Assembly (NCBI RefSeq): GCF_009914755.1
Contig: NC_060947.1
Length of the DNA stretch: 64,000 nucleotides
Reading direction: 5' to 3' (one strand)
From: the human T2T-CHM13v2.0 reference genome, Homo sapiens
The translations under genes and the position numbers were made by a program. The notes beneath the pieces were generated by a model. That model was not told the origin of the DNA, ran no database searches, and worked only from the letters and a program-made list of their open reading frames with translations. Of this stretch, positions 32,452 through 45,312 are shown piece by piece. The number at the start of each line of letters is the position of its first letter. Position 1 is the first letter of the stretch.

Positions 32452-33468
32452 TTACATTTTGGCATGATTTGGCAGCGGCTGGTACCGGTTGTTCCTTTCC
32501 ATGTTTAGCGCTTCCTTCAGGAGCTCTTTTAGGGCAGGCCTGGTGGTGACAAAATCTGTCAGCATTTGCTTGTCTGTAAAGTATTTTATTTCTCCTTCAC
32601 TTATGAAGCTTAGTTTGGCTGGATATGAAATTCTGGCTTGAAAATTCTTTTCTTTAAGAATGTTGAATATTGGCCCCCACTCTCTTCTGGCTTGTAGAGT
32701 TTCTGCCGAGAGATCAGCTGTTAGTCTGATGGGCTTCCCTTTGAGGGTAACCCGATGTTTCTCTCTGGCTGCCCTTAACATTTTTTCCTTCATTTCAACT
32801 TTGGTGAATCTGACAATTATGTGTCTTGGAGGTGCTCTTCTCGAGGAGTATCTTTGTGGCATTCTCTGTATTTCCTGAATCTGAATGTTAGCCTGCCTTG
32901 CTGGATTGGGGAAGATCTCCTGGATAATATCCTGCAGAGTGTTTTCCAACTTGGTTCCATTCTCCCCGTCACTTTCAGGTACACCAATCAGATGTAGATT
33001 TGGTCTTTTCACATAGTCCCATATTTCTTGGAGGCTTTGCTCGTTTCTTTTTATTCTTTTTTCTCTAAACTTCCCTTCTCACTTCATTTCATTCATTTCA
33101 TCTTCCATCACTGATACGCTTTCTTCCAGTTGATTGCATCGGCTCCTGAGGCTTCTGCATTCTTCACGTAGTTCTCTAGCCTTGGTTTTCAGCTCCATCA
33201 GCTCCTTTAAGCACTTCTCTGTGTTGATTTTTCTAGTTATACATTCTTCTAAATTTTTTTCAAAGTTTTCAACTTCTTTGCCTTTGGTTTGAATGTCCTC
33301 CCGTAGCTCAGAGTAATTTGATCGTCTGAAGCCTTCTTCTCTCAGCTTGTCAAAGTCATTCTCCATCCAGCTTTGTTCCGTTGCTGGTGAGGAACTGCAT
33401 TCCTTTGGAGGAGGAGAGTCGCTCTGCTTTTTAGAGTTTCCAGTTTTTCTGCTCTGTTTTTTCCCCAT
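32452..33468 (-). pseudogene. L1 ORF1 with premature stop
   Basis: MGKKQSRKTGNSK...NHAKM*; in-frame TGA at 33079-33081 after MNEMK. Confidence 0.95.
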
Positions 33469-33920
33469 CTTTGTGGTTTTTCCTACTTTTGGTCTTTGAT
33501 GATGGTGATGTACAGATGGGTTTTTGGTGTGGATGTCCTTTCTGTTTGTTAGTTTTCCTTCTAACAGACAGGACCCTCATCTGCAGGTCTGTTGGAGTAC
33601 TCTGTGTGAGGTGTCAGTTTGCCCCTGCTGGGGGGTGCCTCCCAGTTAGGCTGCTCAGGGGTCAGGGGTCAGGGACCCACTTGAGGAGGCAGGCTGCCCC
33701 TTCTCAGATCTCCAGCTGCGTGCTGGGAGAACCACTGCTCTCTTCAAAGCTGTCAGACAGGGACATTTAAGTCTGCAGAGGTTACTGCTGTCTTTTTGTT
33801 TGTCTGTGCCCTGCCCCCAGAGGTGGAGCCTACAGAGGCAGGCAGGCCTCCTTGAGCTGTGGTGGGCTCCACCCAGTTCGAGCTTCCTGGCTGCTTTGTT
33901 TACCTAAGCAAGCCTGGGCA

Positions 33921-34175
33921 ATGGCGGGCGCCCCTCCTCCAGCCTCACTGCCGCCTTGCAGTTTGATCTTAGACTGCTGTGCTAGCAATCAGCCAGACTC
34001 CGTGGGCGTAGGACCCTCCAAGCCAGTTGTGGGATATAATCTGATGCCCCGTTTTTTAAGCCCATCGGAAAAGCACAGTATTCGGGTGGGAGTGACCCGA
34101 TTTTCCAGGTGCCGTCTGTCACCCCTTTCTTTGACTAGGAAAGGGAACTCCCTGACCCTTGTGCTTCCCAAGTGA
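33921..34175 (+). CDS. L1 antisense ORF0, open, 84 aa
   Basis: gcaATGg Kozak; MAGAPPPASLPPCSLILDCCASNQPDSVGVGPSKP...RVGVTRFSRC matches ORF0; no internal stop. Expression unknown. Confidence 0.75.
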   Translation: MAGAPPPASLPPCSLILDCCASNQPDSVGVGPSKPVVGYNLMPRFLSPSEKHSIRVGVTRFSRCRLSPLSLTRKGNSLTLVLPK

Positions 34176-35020
34176 GGCAATGCCTCGCCCTGCTTCGGCT
34201 CACGCACGGTGCGCGCACCCACTGACCTGCACCCACTGTCTTGCACTCCCTAGTGAGATGAACCCAGTACCTCAGATGGAAATGCAGAAATCACCCGTCT
34301 TCTGCGTCGCTCACGCTGGGAGCTGTAGACGGCAGCTGTTCCTATTCGCTCTAAGCAGGTTTCATACCCAACCAGTTCACTCTCTCTGGGCCCAGTTTAA
34401 CACTTCGGCTTGCTCAGGAGTTGTGATCCTCTTGGTGTTGACTGTCTTTCAAGTTTATTTGCGGCCCCAGAACACTTTAGCCCATGGTGGTGAGGCTTGT
34501 GGGAACTCAAGTTTGGACCACTAGGATTGACAATTCCCCTCTGACTAGGGCTGGTTTAAATGCTCTCTCCTTGGTCGGACATCAGCTGAGTTTGGTCGGG
34601 TTTTGCTTTTTGTTGTAAGAGGGCAACACTGAGTTTGATGCCTCACAATTGCTATGATTTCTGTCTCCTCAGACACAGAAATGGTCTCCACAATAAGCTT
34701 CAAAAGACAGAGGAGCCAGGGGGATTTGGGAGGGGTGGCATCAGAGAACAAGATTTTTTTTTTGTACTTCTTCAGTGCCTCTTTCAGTGATTTTGAAGTT
34801 ATAATCAGGTACTATGAGTGCTCACCTCATTTTTGGTTCTTATGAAGGGATGTGTGTGTGTGTATAGATAGTTGTTAAATTGATATCCTTTGGTGGGGAA
34901 AATGATTGGTGAAACCTATTCTGCCATCTTGCCTTGAACACCTAATTAAAATTTTGGATGCAATAATAATTTAACTTTTTTACCAAAAATTATTTGTGAA
35001 AATTATATATGAAATATCTT

Positions 35021-35338
<318 letters not shown>

Positions 35339-36713
35339 TCATGACATATTTGATATAATTTGTGACAAATACATCACCTCAACTATATAAGTCAACTTTA
35401 ATCTTTATTATTAGAGATCCCATGTTCAAGTTTGCCTATAAATGAAAGAATTATTGGCAGTGTGTTTTATAAATTTATATTAGAGGATAATCTTATTTTT
35501 TCATTATTAGACCCTCTTTGTTACTGTGCTTTCTTTTGGTTTGTCTCTAAAATGAGTACCAATAGAATCCTTTTGATAACAAATGTATTTTGAGATGTAC
35601 ACATACATATCACTTTGATTAAAAATCATTCACAAAAATATTTGGTAAAATTTATTACATATATACTGGAGACTTTACACATTTTACTAGGCTTATTCAT
35701 TTTATTATGGTAGACCATTCTTGAGAATCCAGGTTGTGGGGGGCATGTATAGATTGTGCACAAAACATAAAATAATACACATGACTGGTAGTATCTTGTT
35801 GGTAGATAGTGAACTAAGAAACAGGGATGTAGCACATATATAGACACACATGTCATAACATACACATGCATGCACATATATGCAAACATACGTTTTCTGG
35901 CTTCAGAGTCATGTATAGAAACATATACAGTCCTATAAATAAATATAATTGTGTGTATATATATATATATATATATAATTAGAGCACTTAACACAATGAA
36001 AAACATTACAATTGTACACATAGGAACCATTGGTCTGGCTACTGTATAATAGGGTAAGTAGCTCAATTTTCAGAATATTATGGGGTTAGAGAAAAAATAG
36101 CTTCGACCTTCTTAGGACATTCTTTTGGGCATTCTTTCCAAAGGCCAAGGGACAAACAAGACCAAATTCTCAGTCCATGGGTCACATCTAGCTCTCACTC
36201 TAATCTGATACAACCTCCATGACTACACAGTGATAGCGAGTACTTTTCTGTTTTCTGCTTTAAAAAATTAATTTGTCAGTTGCAGTGGTGTGTGAGCAGC
36301 TGTCTGAACACCGAAGCATATAGCAACCCCATCATAGGAGGTTAGTTGTAATAGGAATATGTGGTCCTGTAATTATATGATTTTATGTGGAACATTTTAG
36401 AAGCCTTCCAAATGAAATCTCTTCCTGACAAGAGTAATGACAAAAAGATAATTTAATGGAAAGCAGTCAGATTGTATAAGGCTGTTAAATTACTCTACTA
36501 CAGGTGAATCAGGGGCTAAGTGTGTTAAATTGGTGATAGCTGAATTGTTACTGATAACGCTCAATGGTCACACCATATTATGTTGGCTTAGAAAATGTTT
36601 CATGCTCTATTCTTATTGTTATCAGAAGTACAATCTCTGGATAAAGGATAAAGTAAAAATATTTCCTCTAGTAGATAATTGTAGACATTTATATATAGTC
36701 AATGGGATATTAA

Positions 36714-36849
36714 TAGGGAAATCGTGTACTTTATTTTCCAAACTGGAACACTTTTGAAAGTGAAAGTGACCGCTATTAATAATTACATCACAACAACAGG
36801 CATAAACAAGGAAGCAGGTTCAGGGAAATTGGGATGTATAGTTACTCCA
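36714..36849. mobile_element. MER81 (hAT-Blackjack) MITE
   Basis: taggg...ccaaactggaacacttttgaaagtgaaag...gctattaataattac...acaacaggcataaac...gttactcca follows the MER81 consensus as recalled. Confidence 0.75.
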
Positions 36850-38802
36850 AGAATGACATATAAAACTTGACAAGATAGTTCCACAGGTGACTCAGGCCTG
36901 GCCAGCAGTGAACCTCCTTGCCTTCTGCCTTCTATTGAAGTGACATTTGTATAAATGAATTGGTTTCCATGTTATAGGTATTCATTTCATAATATGAGGA
37001 TATAATGTGGTTCCTGAGCGCATTGTTTGTATTGGTTTTGCTTTAGAGCCCTAGAAATGTTTGAATTGTAGTAGTGTGTTGCAGCATCATTAGATGGAGA
37101 TGGCTGGTACAATGGCTGTCATCCAAAATGATATATTTCCATAATTCTCAGTAGTGATTTGACCCTCTTGGTCTACCTCCAGTTTCTGTTTCCTTCTTAT
37201 GATTTTTGTGGGAGGCTGATTTCTGATTTAAGAAAACATGTTATATTTTATTTGCTTCCTCTTTTAACTCTATTTTTCTGCACAACTGACTAATATGAAT
37301 ATTGTAGTTAATAGAGGCTTACAAGAAACACTCTTAATTCTCTTGTTTGCTCTAACGATATCTCACTGTGGCCTCTTAGATAAATGACCAAGTGGTTTTG
37401 TTGACATATTTATGAAGTTTTATAATAGAATAAACTGGGTAAAGTGCATTTTATGGAGCTTACTTAGGTTTTTAGTTTAAAGACAATATAGCCACAAGGA
37501 GTAGTACTATTTCAATAAACCCCAAACTAAGTCATTTTCATCCACAATTCTTTAATTCTCTGTTAAAAATGTCATTGTAGAGATGATCTTTATACTTTTG
37601 AAAAGTACCTAATTAGATCAATCATTCCAGGTATCTCTGAATTATTTTTACAAAAAAGGTTTCAGAGTTCAGGTCCAACTTGTAAAATGATGGCAAAAAT
37701 TATTTTAGCTGTGAGTTGCTTGGCTTATTCATATTTCTTTTTGTTTTTCTGCACCTTTTGTATATTACTAGATTTAAATAATTTTCATAATAGTTTGAAG
37801 AAAACCACAGTGAAGTTTAAAATTTGTTGTGACTGTGAAACTGTGCTGTTGAATGATAAGGACACTCCACCCTGTTCATTGGCTAAGAGGAAATGTAATC
37901 AAAGTATTGTCTTTGTTCAGTCCATAGTCAACTTGCATTATTTCTTAATTTGTATCTTTAGATTCTGGGATATATTGAGTTTAGAAAGTTTCTTTTTACT
38001 CTGTCAACATCTTTCTTTTAAAACAATTTCTGATTTGTACCCAAATATTTTAGTTGCTTCAAGCTTTACTTTTATAAGGTACACAAATGTTATTTGTGAA
38101 TATACAGTATCTTTTTTGAAGGAGAATACGTAATGTTGGTTGCCTTTTATAATTAAGCTACTGTGGATGAACCTTTTATGACAAATAAGAGACAATTTTG
38201 TTATGACTCTTATGTTACACTGTGATGCAGTTCTCTCTACTTTTCCATGCCCCCAATGAGGGGGTTTTCATTCTACTTCAGCTTCCTCATATCCAGTGAC
38301 ATGTGTATAATGGATCATGTTCAGCTTAGCAGTGATTCTGACAGTGCTCAGCACAAAGTAGATGCTCAGTACTTCTTTGCTGGATCTATGTTAGCTATTG
38401 AATTTCTTTTTGCATCTCATAAAGATATGTGTGTTGAGATATGATTACTTAAGGAATATTCAGGACAATGGGGAGCTGTTATGGTTGCTTTAGGCTGGGT
38501 TTGTTTTACCTACAATGGGGAAGAGAGTGACTACCACCCAAAATTTGTTTTATATTCTGAGAAGTCTCAGGTTTATTTCATAACTTGAAAAAAATGTCGG
38601 TGTTCATTCAAATGAAGAAGCAAAAATTTTCAAATAATATGCATCCACATAGAGCTTGGCTTAAAATCAGGGCCATTTGTGGCATTTCTCCCCCTTTGGC
38701 CTCCTCCATTTGTCAGCTTTTTGAGAAGGTGTATATATTTCCATAAAATTCACAGTTGGCTGACAGTAACAACATAAAACTTATTTTAGAGATTATCATT
38801 GT

Positions 38803-39066
38803 ATTTTTTAAATTTTTTATTGGTACATGATATTTGTACATATTTATGGGATACATGATAACTTTTGTTACATGCATAGAATGTGTAATGGTCAACTAGA
38901 TGGGTATCCAACATGTTGAGTGTTTAGCATTTCTATGTGTTGGGAACATTTCAAGTCCTCTGTTTCAGTTGTTTTGAAATATACAATACATTGTTGTTAA
39001 CTGTAGTCACCCTACCCTGGTATAGAACATTAGGACTTATTCTAACTCTATGTTTGTACCCATTAG
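38803..39066 (-). mobile_element. L1MA-type 3' end fragment
   Basis: atttgtacatatttatgggatacatg...ttttgaaatatacaatacattgttgttaactgtagtcaccc. Confidence 0.8.
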
Positions 39067-39325
39067 CCGTTAATTATATAGGCATCTCAAATAGAATATT
39101 TAATGAAGAACCTTGAAGGAACTGAACTTTACTTCTTTGCGAAAAAAAAAATTGCATAATAGTGCTTAAGAAAAATGTGTATATTTAATTTCATACTGAT
39201 AAAGTTGGGTTTTAATGGTATTTCACTTTACTAATGGATTTTCTCATTTTGTATTACTTTTATTTTAATCATGAGAAAGACTTGTTTTTAAAAAGTTTAT
39301 TTTATTAGTATTCCAGTTCTTAATT

Positions 39326-39601
39326 TATCGCAAGGACAAAAAACCAAACACTGCATGTTCTCACTCATAGGTGGGAATTGAACAATGAGAACGCATGGAC
39401 ACAGGAAGGGGAACATCACACACCGGGGCCTGTTGTGGGGTGGGGGAAGGGAGAGGGGGGAGGGATAGCATTAGGAGATATATCTAATGTAAATGATGAG
39501 TTAATGGGTGCAGCACACCAACATGGCACATGTATACATATGTAACAAACCTGCACATTGTGCACATGTACCCTAAAACTTAAAGTATAATAATAAAAAA
39601 A
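39326..39601 (+). mobile_element. 5'-truncated L1PA (PA4/5-like) 3' end
   Basis: tatcgcaaggacaaaaaaccaaacac...G-rich tract...aacttaaagtataataataaaaaaa. Confidence 0.92.
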
Positions 39602-40139
39602 TGTTTAGCCCAATAAAAATAAGCAAAAATAAAATTCAGGTGGGTCCTCTTCATTTAAATGCTCAGTGGCTTTATACTTGAATACTTGACTATACAATTT
39701 ATAGTTATATTAGTCAGGGTATTGCACATGGAAATTGTATTTTGCCATTTTCTGTGCTCATTCAGCTTCCTTTGATTTAAAAATTATTAAAATGGAATAA
39801 ATATTTAGCACCAGCTAAGAAAAGTTTTATTTCAAACTGAAGCAGTACAAAGGTTATTGGCCATATTGTGAACAATGTAGTATGAAGTGGATTCCTTTAG
39901 TTGTTCACTTATTAAGGAAGGTAACTGGAAGAAGGGAAAAAGAATACAATGTTTGTGTTATTTGTGACCTATATTGCCCTTCAAATACTGAAGTAACACA
40001 TTGGACTTAAGAATGGTAAGAGGAATAAAGATTATAAAGCATATACAAAAATCCATTATTTGGGGCTTTCTCTTACATCAGTCATGGAAAAATTTGGCAT
40101 GGGAGAGAAAAGTGATGGAATTATTTGTATGAGAACATC

Positions 40140-40660
40140 ATAAAAATTTATTAGTCAAAGTTTTCCAGCAAGACAATGGATTGTGCAACAGATACATCTA
40201 ATGTAGCAGAATTTTCTTTGTTTTATCAGTGACAAATACAGGTTCATAAATATATTACTGAAGACATTTTAATTTTAAAGCCTTGCCCTTCTGCTTCAGT
40301 GATAAAAAATTATTTTTGAAATTCAAGGAAGATTATTCTTGAAATATAAAAAAAACTGCCCTGTGGTCAATGATAGTCTTAACTACCTGTCAATCAAAAG
40401 CAGAAGTTTGTTGAGACATTTAATTACAAGGTAATGTAGTCATCAAAATGTCATTGTGGTAACTGACAGCTCATTTTGGACTGAAAGTGTACAACTACCT
40501 CCCCTGAGGTCAGAGATGTTTGGAGGTTAACTTAGTAATGACAAATCCTTTATTATCACATTATGACATTGAAAAAATGTAATTACACTAATAAATTAAT
40601 AACAGTAGTAAAATGACAGTCATAATTGCATAATGTACAAGTTGTCAACTGCGTTTTTGA
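40140..40660. promoter_or_regulatory. Candidate developmental enhancer / conserved non-coding element
   Basis: No repeat recognised; CTGTCAATCA (PBX-MEIS/PREP decamer) at 40387-40396, TGACAG at 40464 and 40614, SOX-like CATTGT at 40452, many TAAT cores. Confidence 0.4.
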
Positions 40661-41789
40661 TACATGGTTGGAATTTTTATCTTATCAGTATATTTGCAGT
40701 ATATTAATTGTCCTGAATATGGCACAGACACAGAAGGATTTCTAAAATTTTTCAAATGCTATGGTCTATACTTATGGGAGTCCAGTGTATCCATACTTTG
40801 ATTCTACTTATATTCTTCCCACCTCTTTCTCTTCTGCTGTTTTACAAAGCCTTAAAATAAATAAGGAGAATTTGCAATTACCACTTGACCCAGTGTTAAT
40901 GTGTAGTTAATGTCCTTTTTATCTGGGAAAGTTTTGACTTCTGTCTGAAGAAAATTTTGGCTTAAATGTCTTGTACTTAATGCATGAAGAAAAAAATGAA
41001 AGGAAAAGGACAGGGTTTTATACATATATATTTTATTTTATTTTATTATTTTATTTCATTTTAAATAGCTGTAGATGCAATCTTTGACTTCCTAACTTTG
41101 CATAAATATAGAAAGTAGATCTCCTTAGTATCTAACTTCCTTCTGCCTTGAAATCTTCCAGTTAATATAACTAGGAGCTGGCTAATAATAGGTTTATGCA
41201 TGTAGTGTTCTAGCCGTGAGTTGGCACTTGATAGTTGACATTTATTTATAAAGAGAACTAGTGGAAAAAATGATTAGTTGGCTACTGTTTTCATTGACCT
41301 GAATTATAGAGAATTAATTGTATACCTTTTCAAACATTTCCATGGGGTAACAGATGACCTTTTAAAATGGTGATTTGCCCATTCTTTTTATATTTGCTTG
41401 CAATTCTTTATTTATATCTTCTCCTGAGTGCACTTAGAAACTTCTGGGTGTGCTGGGAAGAAAAGGTTTGCTCTTTGGTACCCAAGTCAGAAAGTTTACC
41501 CAAGTCTCTGCCAGGACCATAGATTTAATAAACTGTTAAAAGGACTGATTTCTTTGAGAGAAGTTTGAAAGTAGTATACAATAGCTTTTAGATTATGTAT
41601 TATTTATATATCTATATATAGCACATATATTTTATATATAATAATTAGGAAGCTTACATTGTTTTTTCCTCAAAGGAAAGAAGGAATGCTCCAGAGTCAA
41701 ATATGTTTTAGGGGAGCCTAAAGATTCTTAGGAATTCATTGGTAATATGGCTGTGCAGTGTTTTGCAAGTTTGAAAAGATGATAAATGA

Positions 41790-42040
41790 TAATAATAACC
41801 AATATGTAATGAGTAAATTTTACTATGTTCTCTGCACTTATTAAGAAGATAGCAATGCTAACACAAACAATATTCCCAAAATGTATGAAGAGGTACTATT
41901 ATTATCTTCATATTGCAGATGAGAAACTGAAGCACAGAGCAGGTAAGTAGCTTGCCTCAAATTATACATCTAGTATGTTGTGGAGGTGGGATTCAAACGC
42001 AGACATTGTGGCCCCATAGTCCATGTTCTTAAACCACTAA
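41790..42040 (-). mobile_element. MIR SINE
   Basis: gtactattattatcttcatattgcagatgagaaactgaagcacagag...gggattcaaacgcag. Confidence 0.8.
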
Positions 42041-42059
42041 GGATATTGGAGGAAAACAT

Positions 42060-42185
42060 ACATAAAGAGCACTGCACCAGGAATCAGGAGACTTGAATTT
42101 TAGCTTTACTGCTACTAAGTAGTCCTTATGGTCTTGCACAAGGTTACTCTGTGGTCCCAAGTTTCCTCACTCCTAAAACTGGACA
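42060..42185 (+). mobile_element. MIR-family fragment
   Basis: aagagcactgcaccaggaatcaggagacttgaatttt...caagtttcctcactcctaaaa. Confidence 0.65.
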
Positions 42186-43132
42186 CGTTCATGGGTCTGT
42201 AATCTGGTTTTATGAGAACTCTGAAAGCAGACATTCTTTTTGCGTTCGCTTTTTGACCACAGAGCTTTCCGTTTCCATTTGTTATATTGGCTATAGAGGG
42301 TGAGGTTAAACAAAAAGCAATATGGGTCCAAATGTGAAGTAGAACATATTAGTCTGAGCTGTCCAAAGACAGAATAGACTTATTTAAACAAATGGTGCAT
42401 TTACCATCAAGTGGAAATGTTCAATCAGAGGATGGATGACCAGTTAGTGGGGTACTGAAGAGAGGACTCAAGTATCAGTTGGGAAGTGGGGTACACCAGA
42501 TGACTTTTAATATTTCTTTCTACCTTGGGATTTTATGTTTCTGCAAATCTCATCAATATTTCATTCATTCATTTAACAAAAGCAATCTACCTGTAATGAT
42601 ATATAAGCACATATGTATAATTATGTGAACATACTATATATATATATATATATCTTTCTGTACCCATAACCTGACTTATAGAGTGAATCTTGCAAGAATT
42701 TCATCTATTAAAAATAATAAATACTATTCAAAGCGATCTACAGATTCAGTGCAATTCCTAGCAATGACATTCTTCACAGAAATAAAAAACACAATCTGAA
42801 AATTCGTATGGAACCACAAAAGACTCAGAATAGTCAAAACAATCTTGAGTAGAACAAAGCTGGAGGTATCACACTACCTGACTTCAAAATATACTATAGT
42901 TATAGTAACCAAAACAGCATGCCATTGACATAAAAACAGACTGATAAACTACTGAAACAAAATAAAGAGCCCAGATAAATCCATGCATTTACGGCCAACT
43001 GATTTTTGTGCCAAGAACACACAATGGGGGAAAGAACAGCTGCTTCAATAAATGGTGCTAGGAAAACTGGATATCCACATGTAGAAGAATGGAACTAGAC
43101 CCCTCTCTCTTACCCTACACAAAAATCACCTC

Positions 43133-44330
43133 GGAGTTGCCCTGGCGACAGCCTTCCCCTGACTACTCCTCTGTCTCTCCAGTGAAAAATGGGACCCTGC
43201 TTGCCCACTGCTCAGAAGCTGCAAGCTGTGTACTCATGAATTTTGGAGCCCATTTGGACTTTCATAATCAGTGATGGCAGTAAAGGAATCAACTTTGAGA
43301 GCTACTGAGTTTTGGTTCTCTCATCAGGTGTATTTACGTTATTGGCAACATTACCATCATGTCATGGCTTGGATGCAAAGCCACCAGAATGCCTGTAGGA
43401 AGGCTGTGGAATCCTATTTCAGTATTCCATGGTCATTTCCTCCTGCAGTTCTTCCCTGAAGAGCTTACGATAACCAGGCTGGATATCCTATGTCCTTCTC
43501 TGACCATCACATGGCCTGGCAGGACTCCTACCTCCGTTCTACAGATTTCAGAAGGTCTGGACAGCATCCACATGACAGCAGTAGGATCCAGGCATCCACA
43601 AGAGAAGACCAAGCTTAGCCTAAAGAGGAGGAGATGGAGAGAAAGTCAGATGGGGTGGTAGAATGCGACCTAAGCAATATGGAAGTCACCCAGGACCTCT
43701 GCCAGTACTTTGCAGAGACCCAGAGGCACAGAGAAGACCAATGGTAGCAGCAGCAGCTGGATGCAGAATACCTGGATGACTACATGAACGCTGACCACGA
43801 CCTGTACTACAACATCTACTGGTCAGTGGAGCCCCTGACTAAGAGGCCCAGTGAGCAGCAACAGACTGAGAATAAAACATTTGTTTGGGAGAGTGCCACC
43901 AAGATCGAGGCCATGGAGGCTGAAGTGCAGCTGAGCTTTGACAAGCACTGTGACAGAAAAGCAGCCCAAGTATTGGCTGGTCATCACCCTGAAGTTCTGA
44001 GCACTGGGCACAGGGACCCCTGAGAGTGCTTTCTGACAGAGTCACCAGCCTCACCCTTTTTGGGGGGTACACGCTCTATATCTCTCCTTCTGTACAATTC
44101 TCATGGAAAGGGGAATTTGTAGTGAGGCACAGCATGTTCACCAATGTCCCAGTTGGCCTGTCATGGGTGTATGTACTATGCCAGCTCCTTAGCGGTCAGC
44201 CAGATGTGTACTGTTGACAACATGTGAAATTTTCTCCTGATATAAAATGATAATTTTGTATATATTACACTGTTTTTTGATGTTGTCAATAACAGTTCAA
44301 TTCATTAAAGTTCTTGCCTAGAAAAAAAAA
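43133..44330 (+). pseudogene. GEMIN8: GEMIN8 processed pseudogene (CDS remnant about 43271-44000)
   Basis: Translations [51 protein letters not shown] and (shifted frame) [12 protein letters not shown] match GEMIN8; intronless; ATTAAA at 44304; short poly(A); TSD aaaaatcacctc / aaaaataaactc; stops at 43457, about 43616 and about 43745, plus frameshifts. Symbol is the parent gene. Confidence 0.93.
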
Positions 44331-45312
44331 TAAACTCAAAATGGATTAAAGACTCAAATGTAAGGCTCGAAACTATAGAACTACTAAAAGAACAAGCACA
44401 GGAGAAATGCTTCATGATATTGTTCAGGGCAAGGATTTTTTGGGTAAGACCCCAAATTATAGACTACAAAAGCAAAAACAGACAAGTGGGATTTCATCAA
44501 ACTAAAATGCTTCTGCATAGCAAAGGAAATAATAGAGTGAAGAGACAACATATAGAATGGGAGAGAACATTTATAAACAATGCGTCTGACAAGGGGTCGA
44601 TATCAGGAATATATATAACAAAATCGAACAACTCGATAGCAGAAAAAAAAAACACCCTAAATAATCTGATTTAAAAATAGGCAAAAGACCTGAATAGATA
44701 TTTCTCAAAAGAAGATATACAAATGACACATAACCAGCAGGTATATGACAAAATTTTCAACATCACTCAACATCAGGGAAATGCAAATCAAAACCACAAT
44801 GAGATGTCATCTCACACCAGTTAGAATGGCTATCGTCAAAAAGACAAAACAACTAACAAATGCTGGCAATGATACGGTTAAAAGAGAACTTTTATACACT
44901 GTTGGTGGGAATGTAAATTAGTTTAGTCATATGGGAAATACTATGGAGGTTTCTCAAAAAATGAAAATTAGAACTACATATAATTTAACAATCCTACTGC
45001 TGAATATATATCCAAAGAAATTGAAATTAATTTGTCAAAGAGATACCTATACTCCCGTCTCTATTCCAGCACTATTTATATTAGCCAAGATATGAAATCA
45101 ACCTAAATGTCCATCAAAAGATGAATAGCTAAAGAAAATGTAGTATTTATAAACAATGGAATGTTACTCAGCTACAAAAAAGAATGAAATCCTGTTATTT
45201 GCAGCAACATGGATAAACCTGGAGGACGTTATGTTAGGTAAAATGAGCCAGGCACCAAAGGACAAATATCACATCATCTTACTCATATGTGAAACCTAAA
45301 TAAGTTGATGTC

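Noticed and set aside
35626-36066. 146-aa ORF on the - strand
   Set aside because: Non-ATG start, runs through (TA)n/(CA)-rich low-complexity DNA, no recognisable domain
37687-38133. 148-aa ORF on the + strand
   Set aside because: F/L/I/C-rich composition typical of chance ORFs in T-rich DNA; no splice or homology support
39290-39326. Possible extra sequence at the 5' junction of the short L1PA
   Set aside because: The TSD (aaaaagttta versus aaaaatgttta) is too low-complexity to fix the boundary
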